NCBI GenBank assembly: GCA_963758525.1 | Contig: CAVWVQ010000003.1 | Coordinates: 1,440,001-1,504,000 of the forward strand | DNA from: an uncultured Phycisphaerales bacterium | GTDB taxonomy: Bacteria; Planctomycetota; Phycisphaerae; Tepidisphaerales; Tepidisphaeraceae | Direction: 5' to 3' | DNA: 64,000 bases | Part shown: in pieces, positions 53,137 to 64,000 of the stretch | Numbering within the stretch: position 1 is the stretch's first letter | Layout: every line of letters starts with the position of its first letter | Position numbers and translations under genes: made by a program | Notes under the pieces: generated by a model | What the model was told of the DNA's origin: nothing | Database searches by the model: none | What the model saw: the letters and a program-made list of their open reading frames with translations, nothing else

Positions 53137-53286
53137 TCCGGCGACAAGTTGCTCGGCTCCGCGCTGGCGCGACTCCGGGACGCCTCGCGGTGACAATGCA
53201 TCTTAGCGCTCGCGCGATAGAGAGGGATATTTCACCAGGCAGCTTGGTAGTCGCGACAGCGCACAGCCGAGCGACTTGTCGCCGGA
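53137..53286. repeat. REP-like inverted pair upstream of gcvT
   Basis: TCCGGCGACAAGTTGCTCGGCT / AGCCGAGCGACTTGTCGCCGGA. Confidence 0.7.
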
Positions 53287-53350
53287 TTGGGCGTGTTGCG
53301 GTATCAACCCCGCTTGACGCATGCGCGATCCACGGCTAGCTTGCGGCCCG

Positions 53351-54442
53351 ATGCTCAAACGTACGCCGTTCTACGATTTTCACGTGTCCGCGGGCGCGAA
53401 ACTGGTCGATTTTGCGGGGTGGGAGATGCCGCTGCATTATCGCGGGATCATCGACGAGCACGAGCACACTCGCCGCAGCGCGTCGATGTTCGATGTCTCG
53501 CATATGGGCCGGCTGCATTTCAGCGGGAAAGACGTGGTGCGGTTTCTCGATCGCGTGCTGACGCGGAATGTGTCGGTGCAGAAGGTGGGGCAGAGCCGAT
53601 ACAGCCTGGTTTGCAACGAGCGCGGCGGGGTGATGGATGACATCATCATCAGCCGGGATGAGAAGAACTGGATTCTGGTCTGCAACGCGAGCAATCGCGA
53701 TAAGATCGTGAAACATCTGGGCGAGGTGCGGCGGGCCGAGTCGTTTGATCTGGAGATGGCCGATCAGACGGAAAGCACGGCGATGGTGGCGATTCAGGGG
53801 CCGATGGTGATTGAGAAGCTGGCGGACGTGCTGCCGGTCGATGTGCGGGCGATGAAACGATATCAGTTTGAAACCGGCTCGCTGATGATGACCAAGTTCA
53901 CCGTCTTTCGCAGCGGGTACACTGGGGAAGATGGCGTCGAAGTCATTCTCCCGGCGCGCATGGCCGGCATGGCGATGAAGATGCTGGGCGGGAAGCTCGA
54001 CAAAGTCGACGCAACGATTCGCCCGGCGGGTTTGGGCGCGCGGGATACGCTGCGGCTGGAAGCGGGAATGCCGTTGTACGGGCATGAATTAAGTGAGACC
54101 ATCGATCCGCTGTCGGCTGGGCTTGAATGGGCGGTCGATCTGACCAAGAATTTCATCGGCGTCGAGCCATTGCGCGAGATCGCCAAGATCGGGCCGAAGC
54201 GGAAGCTTGTCGGGATCGAGGTAGAGGGCCGGCGCATTGCGCGACAGGGAGCGGCGCTGCAATCTGAAGGCGCGGTTGTCGGCGAAGTGACCAGCGGGAC
54301 GTGGAGCCCGACATTGCAGAAGAGCATCGCGATGGCGTATGTCGATACGGCCCTCACGTCCGAGGGCACCGCGCTGATGGCAGATTTGAAGGGAACACTG
54401 ACGCCGGCCAAGGTCGTCAAACTTCCGTTCTACAAGAGATAA
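53351..54442 (+). CDS. gcvT: glycine cleavage system aminomethyltransferase T
   Basis: LKRTPFY...FAGWEMP, FDVSHMG, RSGYTGEDG and GLGARDTLRLEAGMPLYG. Confidence 0.97.
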   Translation: MLKRTPFYDFHVSAGAKLVDFAGWEMPLHYRGIIDEHEHTRRSASMFDVSHMGRLHFSGKDVVRFLDRVLTRNVSVQKVGQSRYSLVCNERGGVMDDIIISRDEKNWILVCNASNRDKIVKHLGEVRRAESFDLEMADQTESTAMVAIQGPMVIEKLADVLPVDVRAMKRYQFETGSLMMTKFTVFRSGYTGEDGVEVILPARMAGMAMKMLGGKLDKVDATIRPAGLGARDTLRLEAGMPLYGHELSETIDPLSAGLEWAVDLTKNFIGVEPLREIAKIGPKRKLVGIEVEGRRIARQGAALQSEGAVVGEVTSGTWSPTLQKSIAMAYVDTALTSEGTALMADLKGTLTPAKVVKLPFYKR

Positions 54443-54446
54443 TCCT

Positions 54447-54830
54447 ATGGCTAATGTTCCTGCCAACTATCGTTTTCTGGAAACGCACGAGTGGCACCGC
54501 CTGGACGGCGACATTGTGAGCATCGGGATCACGCAGATCGCTGCCGACGAGCTGACGGACGTGACGTTTGTCGCGCTGCCGAAGATCGGCACCAAGATCA
54601 CCGCCAACCAGAAGTTCGGCGAGATCGACTCCGTGAAAGCCAACAGCGATCTGTACAGCGGGGTGAGCGGCGTCGTCACCGAAATCAACCACCAGCTCGC
54701 GGACAATCCGGGACTGGTCAACAACGACCCTTACGAGGCCGGGTGGATGATCAAGGTGCAGGTGAGCGATCCCAAGGCGTTTGAAGCGCTGCTGGGCGCG
54801 GACGAATACGAGAAAAAGACGGCGCATTAG
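54447..54830 (+). CDS. gcvH: glycine cleavage system H protein
   Basis: THEW, IDSVKANSD lipoyl lysine, VNNDPYEAGW. Confidence 0.97.
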   Translation: MANVPANYRFLETHEWHRLDGDIVSIGITQIAADELTDVTFVALPKIGTKITANQKFGEIDSVKANSDLYSGVSGVVTEINHQLADNPGLVNNDPYEAGWMIKVQVSDPKAFEALLGADEYEKKTAH

Positions 54831-54897
54831 AAAGCGATCGGATCGGGTGGCTCGAAGAGCATTGGGACTCGCATGAAACGCTGAGTGCCGCCATCGA

Positions 54898-54968
54898 GTA
54901 GCACAGCCGTCTCGGCTGTGGCGATGGTGATTACAGCCGGGAAATCACAGCCGGGACGGCTGTGCTAC
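54898..54968. repeat. GTAG-type REP pair
   Basis: GTAGCACAGCCGTCTCGGCTGTG / CACAGCCGGGACGGCTGTGCTAC. Confidence 0.8.
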
Positions 54969-55130
54969 GGGGAATGGCGATGGGGCGCTGGTTCGAGATC
55001 TCGCGGGCACAAGCCGGAATGGGTTTGTGATCGGCGGCTCTCGGAGCGCTCGCTGCGGCCGGGCGTACGATAGCGACTGACCTCTTTCGGCCGCGCTTTT
55101 TGATTTGAGACCAACGACCGCCGGATCGGA

Positions 55131-58115
55131 ATGCATATGAACTCGAGCAGCACACCTTTAATTGATTCGCCGCGACCCCCAAAAGCTGGTGCCGGAGCGG
55201 CTTCACCTTTGGCGGTCGTTGACGGGTTTGTCCCACGGCATATCGGACCCAATGAAAAAGACATCGCGGAGATGCTCGAGTTAATCGGGTATGACTCGCT
55301 GGAGGCGCTGGTTGCCGCGACGGTGCCGGTGGCGATTCGGATGCGCCGGCCTCTCAACATCGGGGAGCCGCGCGGCGAGTTCGAACTGCTCGAAGAACTT
55401 CGGCAGATCGCTTCGCAGAACAAAGTGCTTCGTTCGTTCATCGGCATGGGCTATTACGATTGCGTCACCCCCCCGGTCATTCAACGCAACATTCTGGAAA
55501 ACCCGGGCTGGTATACGCAATACACCCCCTACCAGGCGGAGATCGCCCAGGGCCGACTGGAAGCGCTGCTGAACTTTCAAACCATGGTCAGCGACCTGAC
55601 CGGCCTTCCGCTGGCAAACGCCTCGTTGCTGGACGAAGCGACCGCCGCCGGGGAAGCGATGGCGATGTGCCGGTCGATCGCGACGGATGGCTCCGAGCCT
55701 TGCGCGTTTTTTGTGGCTGATGATTGTCACCCGCAGACGATTGCCGTCGTGCGGACGCGGGCGGAGGCGCTGGGAATCGAGATCGTCTGCGGCCCGGCAG
55801 CATCAGCCGAGCTGACGGCGAAAAAGTTTTGCGGCATTCTTCTGCAATATCCGACGACGCACGGACGCATCATTGATTACACCGCGCTGGCGGCCCGCGC
55901 TCATGCGGCGGGGGCACTGGTCGTTGTCGCGGCTGACATTCTTGCCTTGGCGTTGATCAAGCCACCGGGGGAGTTCGGCGCGGACATCGCCGTCGGCTCG
56001 ACGCAGCGCTTCGGCGTGCCGATGGGTTTTGGCGGACCGCATGCCGCCTACATGGCAACGAAGAGCGATTACGCCCGCAAGATGCCCGGGCGTCTGGTCG
56101 GTGTTTCGAAAGACGTGCACGGCAACCCCGCGATGCGGCTCGCGATTCAAACGCGCGAGCAGCACATTCGCCGCGAAAAAGCCACCAGCAACATCTGCAC
56201 CGCCCAGGTGCTGCTTGCCGTGATGGCAAGCATGTATGCGGTGTATCACGGTCCGAAAGGGTTGAAGCGGATCGCGCAGCGCGTGCACGATTTTGCAGTC
56301 CGGCTTGCCGATGGTCTGGCGCGGCTGGGGTATGAGCTGGGCGAGGGAGAATTTTTCGACACGCTGCACGTGCCCGTCGGCGCCGGGCGCGTGAAAACGA
56401 TCGGCGCGGCGGCGGTCGCGCGGGGAATGAACCTGCGGCTGAACGAATCGGAAAACGCCATCGGCATCGCGCTCGATGAAACGACTACGCAACGAGATGT
56501 GAAGCAGCTTCTGGAGGTCTTCGCGCCGAGCGGGCGGATCGATTTTGACGTCGCGTCGCTGGGTGGAAATGGGGACACGCACAAGGTGGCGGCTGAGTCA
56601 CGCGCCGGCTCCGAGATCGTGTCCCGATATTCCCAAGCGGTTGGCCGCACCAGCGAATACCTCACGCATCCGGTTTTCAACACGCATCACAGCGAAACGG
56701 AAATGCTGCGTTACATCCGCACGCTGGAATCGCGCGACCTGTCGCTTACGCATTCGATGATCCCGCTGGGCTCCTGCACGATGAAGCTGAACGGCACCAG
56801 CGAGATGCTGCCCGTGACCTGGCCGCAGTTTGGCCGGCTGCATCCGTTTGCTCCCGAGGATCAGACCGGAGGGTATCGCGTCCTCTTTTCCCAGCTCGAG
56901 CAATGGCTGGCGGAAATCACCGGTTTCGCGGGCGTTTCGCTGCAGCCCAATGCCGGATCGCAGGGAGAATACGCCGGGCTGCTGGCGATTCGCGGGTATC
57001 ACGTTTCGCGCGGCGAGGGAGGCCGGGACATCTGTTTGATTCCGGTTTCGGCGCACGGGACCAATCCGTCCAGCGCGGTCGTCGCGGGATTCAAGGTGAT
57101 CCCCGTCGAATGCGATGCCCGCGGCAATGTCGATGTCGAGGACCTGCGCAAAAAGGCGAGCGAGCATGCCGACGAACTCGGCGCGCTGATGATCACGTAT
57201 CCTTCAACGCACGGCGTGTTTGAGGAGGAAGTCGCGGAAATCTGCCGGATCGTTCACGAGCACGGCGGGCAGGTTTATATGGACGGGGCGAACATGAACG
57301 CGCAGGTCGGCTTGTGCCGGCCCGGCGACATCGGCGCGGACGTCTGCCATCTCAATCTGCACAAGACCTTCTGCATCCCCCACGGCGGCGGAGGCCCCGG
57401 CATGGGGCCGATCGCAGTCGCGAAGCAACTGGTCCCGTTTCTTCCGGGAAGTCCCCTGGCGCATGATTCCGCGGTCGGTCCAGTGTCAGCGGCGGCGCAT
57501 GGGAGCGCGAGCATTCTGGTCATTCCGTGGGTCTACATCGCGCTGATGGGCGGTCCGGGTCTCACCCGCGCGACACAGGTTGCGATCCTTGGCGCCAACT
57601 ACATGGCCAAGCGTCTGGGGCCGCACTATCCGATTCTGTTTAAGGGCCAGAACGGACGCGTGGCGCACGAATTTGTCATCGACGCGCGGCAGTTTGAAAC
57701 GCGCAGCGGCATTAAAGTGGAGGACATCGCCAAGCGCCTCATGGACTACGGCTTCCACGCCCCCACGATGAGTTGGCCGGTGCCCGGCACGTTGATGATC
57801 GAGCCGACCGAGAGCGAGCCCAAGGCTGAGCTGGATCGATTCTGCGATGCGATGATCGCGATCCGCGAAGAGATTCGCGCCATCGAGCAGGGCAAGGCGC
57901 ACCGAACCGACAACGTGCTGAAGAACGCCCCGCACACGGTGGCCGCGCTGCTGGCAAGCGATTGGAAACATCCTTACACGCGTGAGGAGGCGGCCTTTCC
58001 GGCGCCGTGGGTCAAGGCGCACAAGTTCTGGCCGTTTGTGGGGCGGATCGATAATCCGTTTGGCGATCGCAATCTCGTTTGCACGTGTCCGCCGATGGAG
58101 AGCTATGGCAGCTGA
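55131..58115 (+). CDS. gcvP: glycine dehydrogenase (decarboxylating), P protein
   Basis: [34 protein letters not shown] and [18 protein letters not shown]. Confidence 0.98.
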   Translation: MHMNSSSTPLIDSPRPPKAGAGAASPLAVVDGFVPRHIGPNEKDIAEMLELIGYDSLEALVAATVPVAIRMRRPLNIGEPRGEFELLEELRQIASQNKVLRSFIGMGYYDCVTPPVIQRNILENPGWYTQYTPYQAEIAQGRLEALLNFQTMVSDLTGLPLANASLLDEATAAGEAMAMCRSIATDGSEPCAFFVADDCHPQTIAVVRTRAEALGIEIVCGPAASAELTAKKFCGILLQYPTTHGRIIDYTALAARAHAAGALVVVAADILALALIKPPGEFGADIAVGSTQRFGVPMGFGGPHAAYMATKSDYARKMPGRLVGVSKDVHGNPAMRLAIQTREQHIRREKATSNICTAQVLLAVMASMYAVYHGPKGLKRIAQRVHDFAVRLADGLARLGYELGEGEFFDTLHVPVGAGRVKTIGAAAVARGMNLRLNESENAIGIALDETTTQRDVKQLLEVFAPSGRIDFDVASLGGNGDTHKVAAESRAGSEIVSRYSQAVGRTSEYLTHPVFNTHHSETEMLRYIRTLESRDLSLTHSMIPLGSCTMKLNGTSEMLPVTWPQFGRLHPFAPEDQTGGYRVLFSQLEQWLAEITGFAGVSLQPNAGSQGEYAGLLAIRGYHVSRGEGGRDICLIPVSAHGTNPSSAVVAGFKVIPVECDARGNVDVEDLRKKASEHADELGALMITYPSTHGVFEEEVAEICRIVHEHGGQVYMDGANMNAQVGLCRPGDIGADVCHLNLHKTFCIPHGGGGPGMGPIAVAKQLVPFLPGSPLAHDSAVGPVSAAAHGSASILVIPWVYIALMGGPGLTRATQVAILGANYMAKRLGPHYPILFKGQNGRVAHEFVIDARQFETRSGIKVEDIAKRLMDYGFHAPTMSWPVPGTLMIEPTESEPKAELDRFCDAMIAIREEIRAIEQGKAHRTDNVLKNAPHTVAALLASDWKHPYTREEAAFPAPWVKAHKFWPFVGRIDNPFGDRNLVCTCPPMESYGS

Positions 58116-58154
58116 TCGACAGACCGTTTGTGCCCTGGGATTTCGTCCTTACAA

Positions 58155-59488
58155 ATGAATCGCGCCGTTCGAACGATCCGCTGGCGATCTGCGTTCATCA
58201 CGCTCGCATTGTGCTTTCTGCTCGCGAGATGCAATCGCGCCGAGCGGACGGTGCATCATTGAATTCCTGGCACTTTCATTTTGGGACGAAGCAGGGAAGC
58301 GGAAGTTCTGTCCGGGTTCCAGCATCAGTCGTCTACTCGTCACAGCAAGGTTATGGCTTTGAGCCGGGGTCAACGCCGGTCGATCAACCGGACTGCTGCA
58401 CGAGCGATCATCCCTTCTTTTTTTCCGTGGCAGTGCCGGCGGGAAATTACCGCGTCACCGTCACGATGGGCGACGCGGCCGCCGGGTCGGACAACACCAT
58501 TCGCGCTGAAGCACGCCGGCTGATGGTGGAACACGTGGTGACGAAAAAGGGGGAGGTCGTTGCCCGCACATTCACGGTTCACGTTCACCGTCCGAAGATC
58601 GAGGGCAGCGGCAATTCCGTGCAGCTGCGAGGTTCTCCCGGTCTCGATTGGGACGACAAGCTCACTCTCGAATTCAATGGCACACGACCGGCCATCGATG
58701 CCGTCGCGATCGAGCCGGTTCAGGGTGCGACTGTCGTTTTCATCGCCGGCGATTCGACCGTGACTGACCAGGCGGCTGAGCCGTACACTGGCTGGGGGCA
58801 GGTTTTGCCGTGCTTCTTTGATGCGACGGTGAGCGTGGCAAATTACGCCGAATCGGGCCGTGCGCTTTACAGCTTCAAGAGCGAGCATCGGCTCGACAAG
58901 ATTCTCGGCGAAGCCAAAAAAGGGGACTACGTGCTGATTCAATTCGGGCACAACGATCAGAAGGACAAGCGGCCCGGCGCCGGCGCGTTCACGACCTACA
59001 AGAAAGAGCTTGAGGAGTACGTCGTTGCCATTCGGGAGCGCGGCGCGACGCCGATCGTGGTCACTCCGATGTATCGCCGACGGTTTGATGGCGCGGGCAA
59101 GCTGGAGGAATCACTGGGCGACTACCCGGCCGCCGCGCGGCAGGTGGCGACGGAGCAGAAAGTGCTGCTGGTCGATCTGCATGAGATGAGCGGCAGACTA
59201 TTTCAGGCGCTGGGTCCTCAAGGGACGCTCCAGGCGTTCGTGCATTACCCGGCAAATACGTTTCCCGGCCAGACCGCGCCGCTGGCGGATAACACGCACT
59301 TCAATTCTTATGGAGCTTTTGAGCTGGCGCGCTGTGTTGTCGAAGCGATTCGAGGGAGTGGTTGTCCGCTGTCGAAGCACGTTGCCGCGGACGTGACGCC
59401 GTTTGACCCGTCACATCCCGACCCGGTTGAGCAGTGGAAGCTGCCTCCAAGTCCTGCAGTCGCTGCACAGCGGCCGGAGGGAAGCTGA
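58155..59488 (+). CDS. rhamnogalacturonan acetylesterase-like SGNH hydrolase (signal peptide in shifted frame)
   Basis: IAGDSTV, GWGQ, IQFGHND and DNTH. Signal peptide MNRAVRTIRWRSAFITLALCFLLA starts near 58155. Confidence 0.85.
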
Positions 59489-59522
59489 GTGGCGCCGCAG
59501 GCGCCAGCGTCTGGAAACGGAA

Positions 59523-59846
59523 CTACTCAAAGCGCCGGGGCTGGCGTCTGCTCCCCCGGCGAACGTTCAGAATATAGACTGTCTCGGAAGGTTGCTCTAT
59601 CCGGTAGTAGACGATGAAGGGACGTACGACCATCGCATGTACGGCGTCCCACGTCTTCTGCTGCTCCCCACCTGCCTGAATCGGTTCGGCATCGAAGTCA
59701 GAGAATTGACTGCCTCCAGAATTGTCTCGGCGACGCTGGCCGCATTTTGCGGCGACTGCTGATGGATGCAGGTTGCTATGCCTTCCAAGTCGGACACGGC
59801 ATCAACCGTCAGAACGATTCGGTAATGACCGAGCATCGAGCGTCAT
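59523..59846 (-). CDS. RelE/ParE-family toxin, frameshifted
   Basis: YRIVLTVDAVSDLEGI...LTSMPNR, then VVRPFIVYYRI...VYILNVRRGSR in another frame. Confidence 0.7.
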
Positions 59847-60091
59847 TTCCCCAGAAATTTCGCTCGCAACTGCTCCCGCACGTCCGTCCAGTCATGTACC
59901 TCTCCGTGTTCGATTTGGTCCTCGGCACGGTCAATAGCATCGAGTGTTTCATCGTCCAAAGCATGTTCTTCTGCGATGTTGAGGGCCTCCAACGCCGCAT
60001 GGACAACCTCATCCGCGGATTGGTAGCCGCCACCTTTTAGTAGCTTCTCCTCCAGAAGCTTCTGAGTTTCAGCACTCAATAAAATTGTCAT
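59843..60091 (-). CDS. ParD-like antitoxin
   Basis: GGYQSADEVVHAAL...IDRAEDQIEHG. Overlaps the toxin start. Confidence 0.75.
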   Translation of the reverse strand: MTILLSAETQKLLEEKLLKGGGYQSADEVVHAALEALNIAEEHALDDETLDAIDRAEDQIEHGEVHDWTDVREQLRAKFLGK

Positions 60092-60191
60092 GGATGTTCT
60101 CCGTGAAATCCCATCATACCAAATCCGCTTGGCTATCACAGTTTCGGATTGTTATTGTTGAGGCGGATGGTGAGGACACTTTTGCCGAACG

Positions 60192-61146
60192 TTACATCTT
60201 CCCTTTCAACTCCGAGCTCACGCTGGTCCCGTGCTGGTCCGGACCATCCGGTCGCGAAATCGCTTCGGGCGGAAGCGGTATCTTCGGAGCCCAGGTGAGC
60301 CATTCCTTTTGCGGCTCGGGATGCAGCGTGAAGTCGGCGCCGTCCTGTGCGGGCTGGTTCGCTTCAACCTCCGGCGTTGCGAACTCAACTCCGCCGGAAA
60401 GGAGCGTACGCAACGAGTCGAGCTTGACGCTGATGCCCGAGAAGATTCCGCCTTTCACGTCGGCTCCGCTGATGCTCCAGAATTCCGAGCGCTTGGTCAC
60501 CAGCGGCGCAAAGCGCTGCCAGATGACGGCGTTGATGTTCACGTGGGTCGCGTCAGGGCTGAGATGCGCGCTGGCGACCGCGCCGACCTGGATGCCGCGA
60601 TAGATAATTGGAGAATCCTGCTGCAGATGTTCGAGATGATCGGCGCAGGATCAGGATCAGTCCCTCGCCCAATGATGTCGGCTGCTTTTCCAGGCCGACG
60701 AACTGTGACGCCGGTGAACCGACGCCGGGCACCGCCTCGACGTACGGACCACTGACAATGGTGCTCAGCCCGCTGATGCTTCCCCCAGAGATGTCAGGCT
60801 GCACGATCCAGAAGAGCGCTCCCTCGCTGGCGATCGAGGCATACCGCTTCTGCAGCGCGATGTGCATCAGGACGCGATCGCGATCCTCGCCGAGTTCAAG
60901 TGACGTCACCTTCCCGACCTCGACGCCATGAACCGTCACCATCGTCTGGCCGACCCTCACTCCGCTGACGTTCTTGAACGTTACTGTAATGTCGGTGCCG
61001 AGCTGCTGATGATGGAGATGCAGGTAATATCCCGCGCCCGCCGCCGCGCAAAGCGGGACCAGCCAGATCAGCGGAAGCGACCAGCGCATCTTCGACACTT
61101 TGGGACGCGGCGGCGCCTGGACGGGCGACATTTCATCCTGGCTCAT
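60192..61146 (-). CDS. pqiB: PqiB/MlaD (MCE) family protein, frameshifted
   Basis: LIWLVPL, GVEVGKV, ISGLSTIVSGPYV and LLSGGVEFATP. Split near 60600. Confidence 0.75.
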
Positions 61147-61148
61147 GT

Positions 61149-61757
61149 TCACGCGGTGCATTGCTCTTTCTCCCAGATGAGCTGCGGATCGAAGCTCGCG
61201 GATGCCAGCAGCGTAAAGACAACGACTCCCGCGAACGCGATTGCGCCCGGCCCGGCGATGATCGTCGCCAGCTGGTGCAATTTGACGATCGACACCAGAA
61301 CCGCCAGAACAAATACGTCGAGCATTGCCCAGCGTCCGATGGATTCGATGAACTGGTACATGCGCGTCCGCACGAGCCGCAGGCGCGGCCAATGCAGGCG
61401 CACCGTCACGACCAGGAAGAATAGTCCGATCAGCTTAATTAGCGGAATTGCGATGCTGGCCAGAAATACGATCACTGCAATGACCACGTCGCCGTCTTCA
61501 TAGAGCCGCTGGCAGCCTTGCCATACCGTGTTGTCAGTTGTCGCCCCATACAAATCCATGTGAAGAATTGGGAAGACATTGGCCGGCAGATACAGGATCA
61601 AAGCCGCCAGGGAAAATGCCGCAGTCCGATGAAGGCTCTCCAGGCTGCGCCGTTCAATCACGCTTCCGCAGCGGCGACATTTCGCAACGGTGCCGGGCGA
61701 CAACACCTCCTCAGCGTGAACCAGTCCGCAGATTCTGCACGCAATTGTCTGGGTCAT
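61149..61757 (-). CDS. pqiA: paraquat-inducible protein A family
   Basis: CxxC...CxRC, LYLPANVFP, IGRWAMLDVFV and SFDPQLIW. Confidence 0.9.
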   Translation of the reverse strand: MTQTIACRICGLVHAEEVLSPGTVAKCRRCGSVIERRSLESLHRTAAFSLAALILYLPANVFPILHMDLYGATTDNTVWQGCQRLYEDGDVVIAVIVFLASIAIPLIKLIGLFFLVVTVRLHWPRLRLVRTRMYQFIESIGRWAMLDVFVLAVLVSIVKLHQLATIIAGPGAIAFAGVVVFTLLASASFDPQLIWEKEQCTA

Positions 61758-61909
61758 CGCAGTGGCACCGCCTCCGACGATGCTATGCGCACCGCTGCTA
61801 AGGCTCTACCGGCAGATTCCCCGGCAGCGAGCTGAGCAAGCCGCGACACGCAGGAGAGCACGACATCACGCAGGGTAAACACCCATCCAGTCGTCTGGCC
61901 CCCGTTTCG

Positions 61910-63442
61910 ATGATGAACGCGCTGATGTCACAGATACGCACGCTGCAGCGAGTACCGGATGATGCGTTGCGACGGTCAGAATCGCTGGATGCTTTGGCAG
62001 CCCGCGATGCGGGCGGCAAGGCGCTGCGCGCGGCCGTCTCGCGAGCAGACGTCGCCGACCACAAGCTCGCCGCGACTCAGCTTCGTCGCGACGCGCTGCA
62101 TGATACGTTGACCGGCCTAACGCACTGCGCCCTTTTGATGGACCGGATCCATCAATGTCTGCATCGTCTGAAGCGATCTCCCGAACAGAGTTTTGCTGTG
62201 ATGCTTCTGGAGCTGGACCGGGTCAAGGTCATCGATGATCGCCCGGGACAAGCAGCGGTGGACCAGCTGCTGGTCGACCTGGTCAATCGGCTGGAGATCA
62301 CCCTTCGCATCGGCGATACCCTGGCGCGCCGAGCACCCGATCATCCGGCCGGCCTTGGGGGAGACGAGTTCGTGGCGCTCCTGGAAAACATTCGCACTTC
62401 CGCCGACGCCGTTCGTGTCGTCGATCGTCTGCAGCGCGCGATAGCTCGGCCGTTCGATATCGACGGATACGAGGTGTGCGCCTCGGTGAGCTTCGGCATC
62501 GCCCTAAGCACCGGAATCTATGACACGCCGGAGGAAATACTGCGCGACGCCGAAACCGCTCTACACGATGCCAAGAGCGCCGGACGCGGAGGCTATCGTC
62601 TCTTCGATCAGCAAATGCATGCCTCGGCGATGCAGCGGCTTTTGATGGAAAGCGAGCTGCGCGGGGCAATCGAACACGGCGAGCTTCGCCTTCATTACCA
62701 GCCGGTGCAGTCGCTCCAGAGCGGGCAACTCATCGAGGTCGAGGCCCTGGTGCGATGGGAGCATCCGCTGCGCGGCCTCCTTTCCCCGGCCGACTTCGCC
62801 CCTCTGGCGGAAGAGACTGGCCTGATCATCCCGCTGGGCCGGTGGGTGCTCCGCGAAGCATGCCGGCAAATGAGAGAGTGGCGGACGCAACGGCCACAAC
62901 TGCGTGACGTGGCTGTGGCTGTGAACGTGTCTGGGCGGCAGTTTGCGCGGGCGGAGTTGCCAGCCGAAGTCGCCAGGGCGCTAGCCGAAAGCGGCCTCGA
63001 TTCGCGGCATCTGAAACTGGAAATCACCGAAACCGCCATCATGGAAAGCGGCGATCCGGCGCTGGCCGAGTTGAACGCCATCTGTGACATGGGGGTTGCA
63101 TTTCACCTGGATGATTTCGGCGCGGGCTGCTCGTCGCTCGCCTGTCTGCGGCGCATGCCGATCGCGGCGCTCAAGATCGACCGCTCATTCATCGCCGCCT
63201 TGGGCAATGACCGCTCCGACACATCCATGGTGGAGGCGATCCTGGCGCTCTCCCGCGCGATGCACCTTCGGGTGGTCGCCGAGGGAGTGGAGCACCAGTC
63301 GCAGGCGGAGTTCCTGCGTCAGCTGGGTTGCGATTTTGCCCAGGGATATTTGTTCGCCCGCCCGCTCACGCCCGAGCAGTTTGTGCGATTTGCCAATAGT
63401 GTTTCAAGCCCCGACAACGCCACGAAGGTTGCCGCGGCATAA
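61910..63442 (+). CDS. GGDEF-EAL diguanylate cyclase/phosphodiesterase
   Basis: HDTLTGL, GGDEF, HYQP, EALVRW, LEITE, DDFGAG and AEGVE. Confidence 0.92.
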   Translation: MMNALMSQIRTLQRVPDDALRRSESLDALAARDAGGKALRAAVSRADVADHKLAATQLRRDALHDTLTGLTHCALLMDRIHQCLHRLKRSPEQSFAVMLLELDRVKVIDDRPGQAAVDQLLVDLVNRLEITLRIGDTLARRAPDHPAGLGGDEFVALLENIRTSADAVRVVDRLQRAIARPFDIDGYEVCASVSFGIALSTGIYDTPEEILRDAETALHDAKSAGRGGYRLFDQQMHASAMQRLLMESELRGAIEHGELRLHYQPVQSLQSGQLIEVEALVRWEHPLRGLLSPADFAPLAEETGLIIPLGRWVLREACRQMREWRTQRPQLRDVAVAVNVSGRQFARAELPAEVARALAESGLDSRHLKLEITETAIMESGDPALAELNAICDMGVAFHLDDFGAGCSSLACLRRMPIAALKIDRSFIAALGNDRSDTSMVEAILALSRAMHLRVVAEGVEHQSQAEFLRQLGCDFAQGYLFARPLTPEQFVRFANSVSSPDNATKVAAA

Positions 63443-63743
63443 TGCGGCACCGCTGAAAGCTGAACTATGGAACGAGCGCACCGAATTGTCGGAAATACGG
63501 CCGGCTCTGCGCAGTCGGTCGCGCCAGCGGACCTGCTCATCGCGGCAAGCACGCTTCGCATCGCCAACATATCGCGACGCCCGCCAAGCAATCGCCACGA
63601 CTGCGGCAGTCGTAGGGGTTTACACCCATCCCATTGGTAATGCTCAAGTTAACGCAGCCTCTTCCCCGATGCATGCTCTGTAGAGCATTCCCGCCGGAGC
63701 CACGGATTCAGGCGACAGCTCAGTTTTAACATGGAGGTTTCTA

Positions 63744-64000
63744 ATGAAGCGCGGATTTCAACATTTCGGAAGCAATACTTTTCTGAAGTATGGCACTCAA
63801 TGCGCAAAAGCGCCTGCGCGAACGCTCGCTGAAGTTCTGGAGCCGCGGTTATTTTTATCCGGGAGCGTGCTGGCCTCCGTTGTTCATGGGCGGTTAACCA
63901 TCCGCGGCGACGACGCGGCAAGCGCGATCGTTCTGGATCAGGTCGGATTGAATGCCGGCCAGATTCGCATCGCCGGGAGCGACAACACGATCATCAACGG
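63744..64000 (+). CDS. LEPRxLL-motif secreted protein, 3'-partial
   Basis: GGAGG RBS. MKRG...AEVLEPRLFLSGSVLASVVHGRLTIRGDD, open to the window end. Confidence 0.75.
   Translation, partial: MKRGFQHFGSNTFLKYGTQCAKAPARTLAEVLEPRLFLSGSVLASVVHGRLTIRGDDAASAIVLDQVGLNAGQIRIAGSDNTIIN

Noticed and set aside
52980..53350. Glycine riboswitch upstream of gcvT
   Set aside because: Only an isolated CTCTCAGG is present. The GGAGA...CCGAAG core in the correct order was not found, and the region is explained by a REP-like inverted pair.

Overview
Probably a planctomycete (Phycisphaerae/Tepidisphaerales-like) chromosome segment. This is inferred from an LEPRxLL-type secreted protein, a planctomycete-style ECF sigma fragment and the REP types. 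Bases 1-37757 are the right part of a large genomic island integrated at the 3' end of tRNA-Gly(TCC) (37758-37830, minus strand), with a tyrosine integrase and excisionase-like gene next to the tRNA. The other att end was not found in the window. The island carries: an SNF2/DUF3883-DUF1156 methylase-DUF499 ATPase restriction-like defence operon with two inserted genes; a tandemly duplicated cassette of an AbrB-domain protein divergent from an ImmA/IrrE-like HExxH peptidase, bracketed by two families of 9-bp iteron palindromes; a serine recombinase-ParB-ParB module; five secreted LPP20/FlgT-N-like proteins interrupted by an ISKra4-like IS; an HATPase/STAS module; and two HEPN-motif proteins. 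To the right are host genes (aldehyde dehydrogenase, PDZ protein, gcvTHP, SGNH esterase, pqiAB, GGDEF-EAL). They are interspersed with REP-like palindromes, toxin-antitoxin remnants and a complete 4.4-kb IS1595 transporter element carrying a PIN toxin pair and a DNA methylase. Many single-base frameshifts and several abrupt gene-fusion junctions suggest uncorrected long-read errors or decay, so pseudogene calls are provisional. All family assignments come from motif recognition, not database searches.
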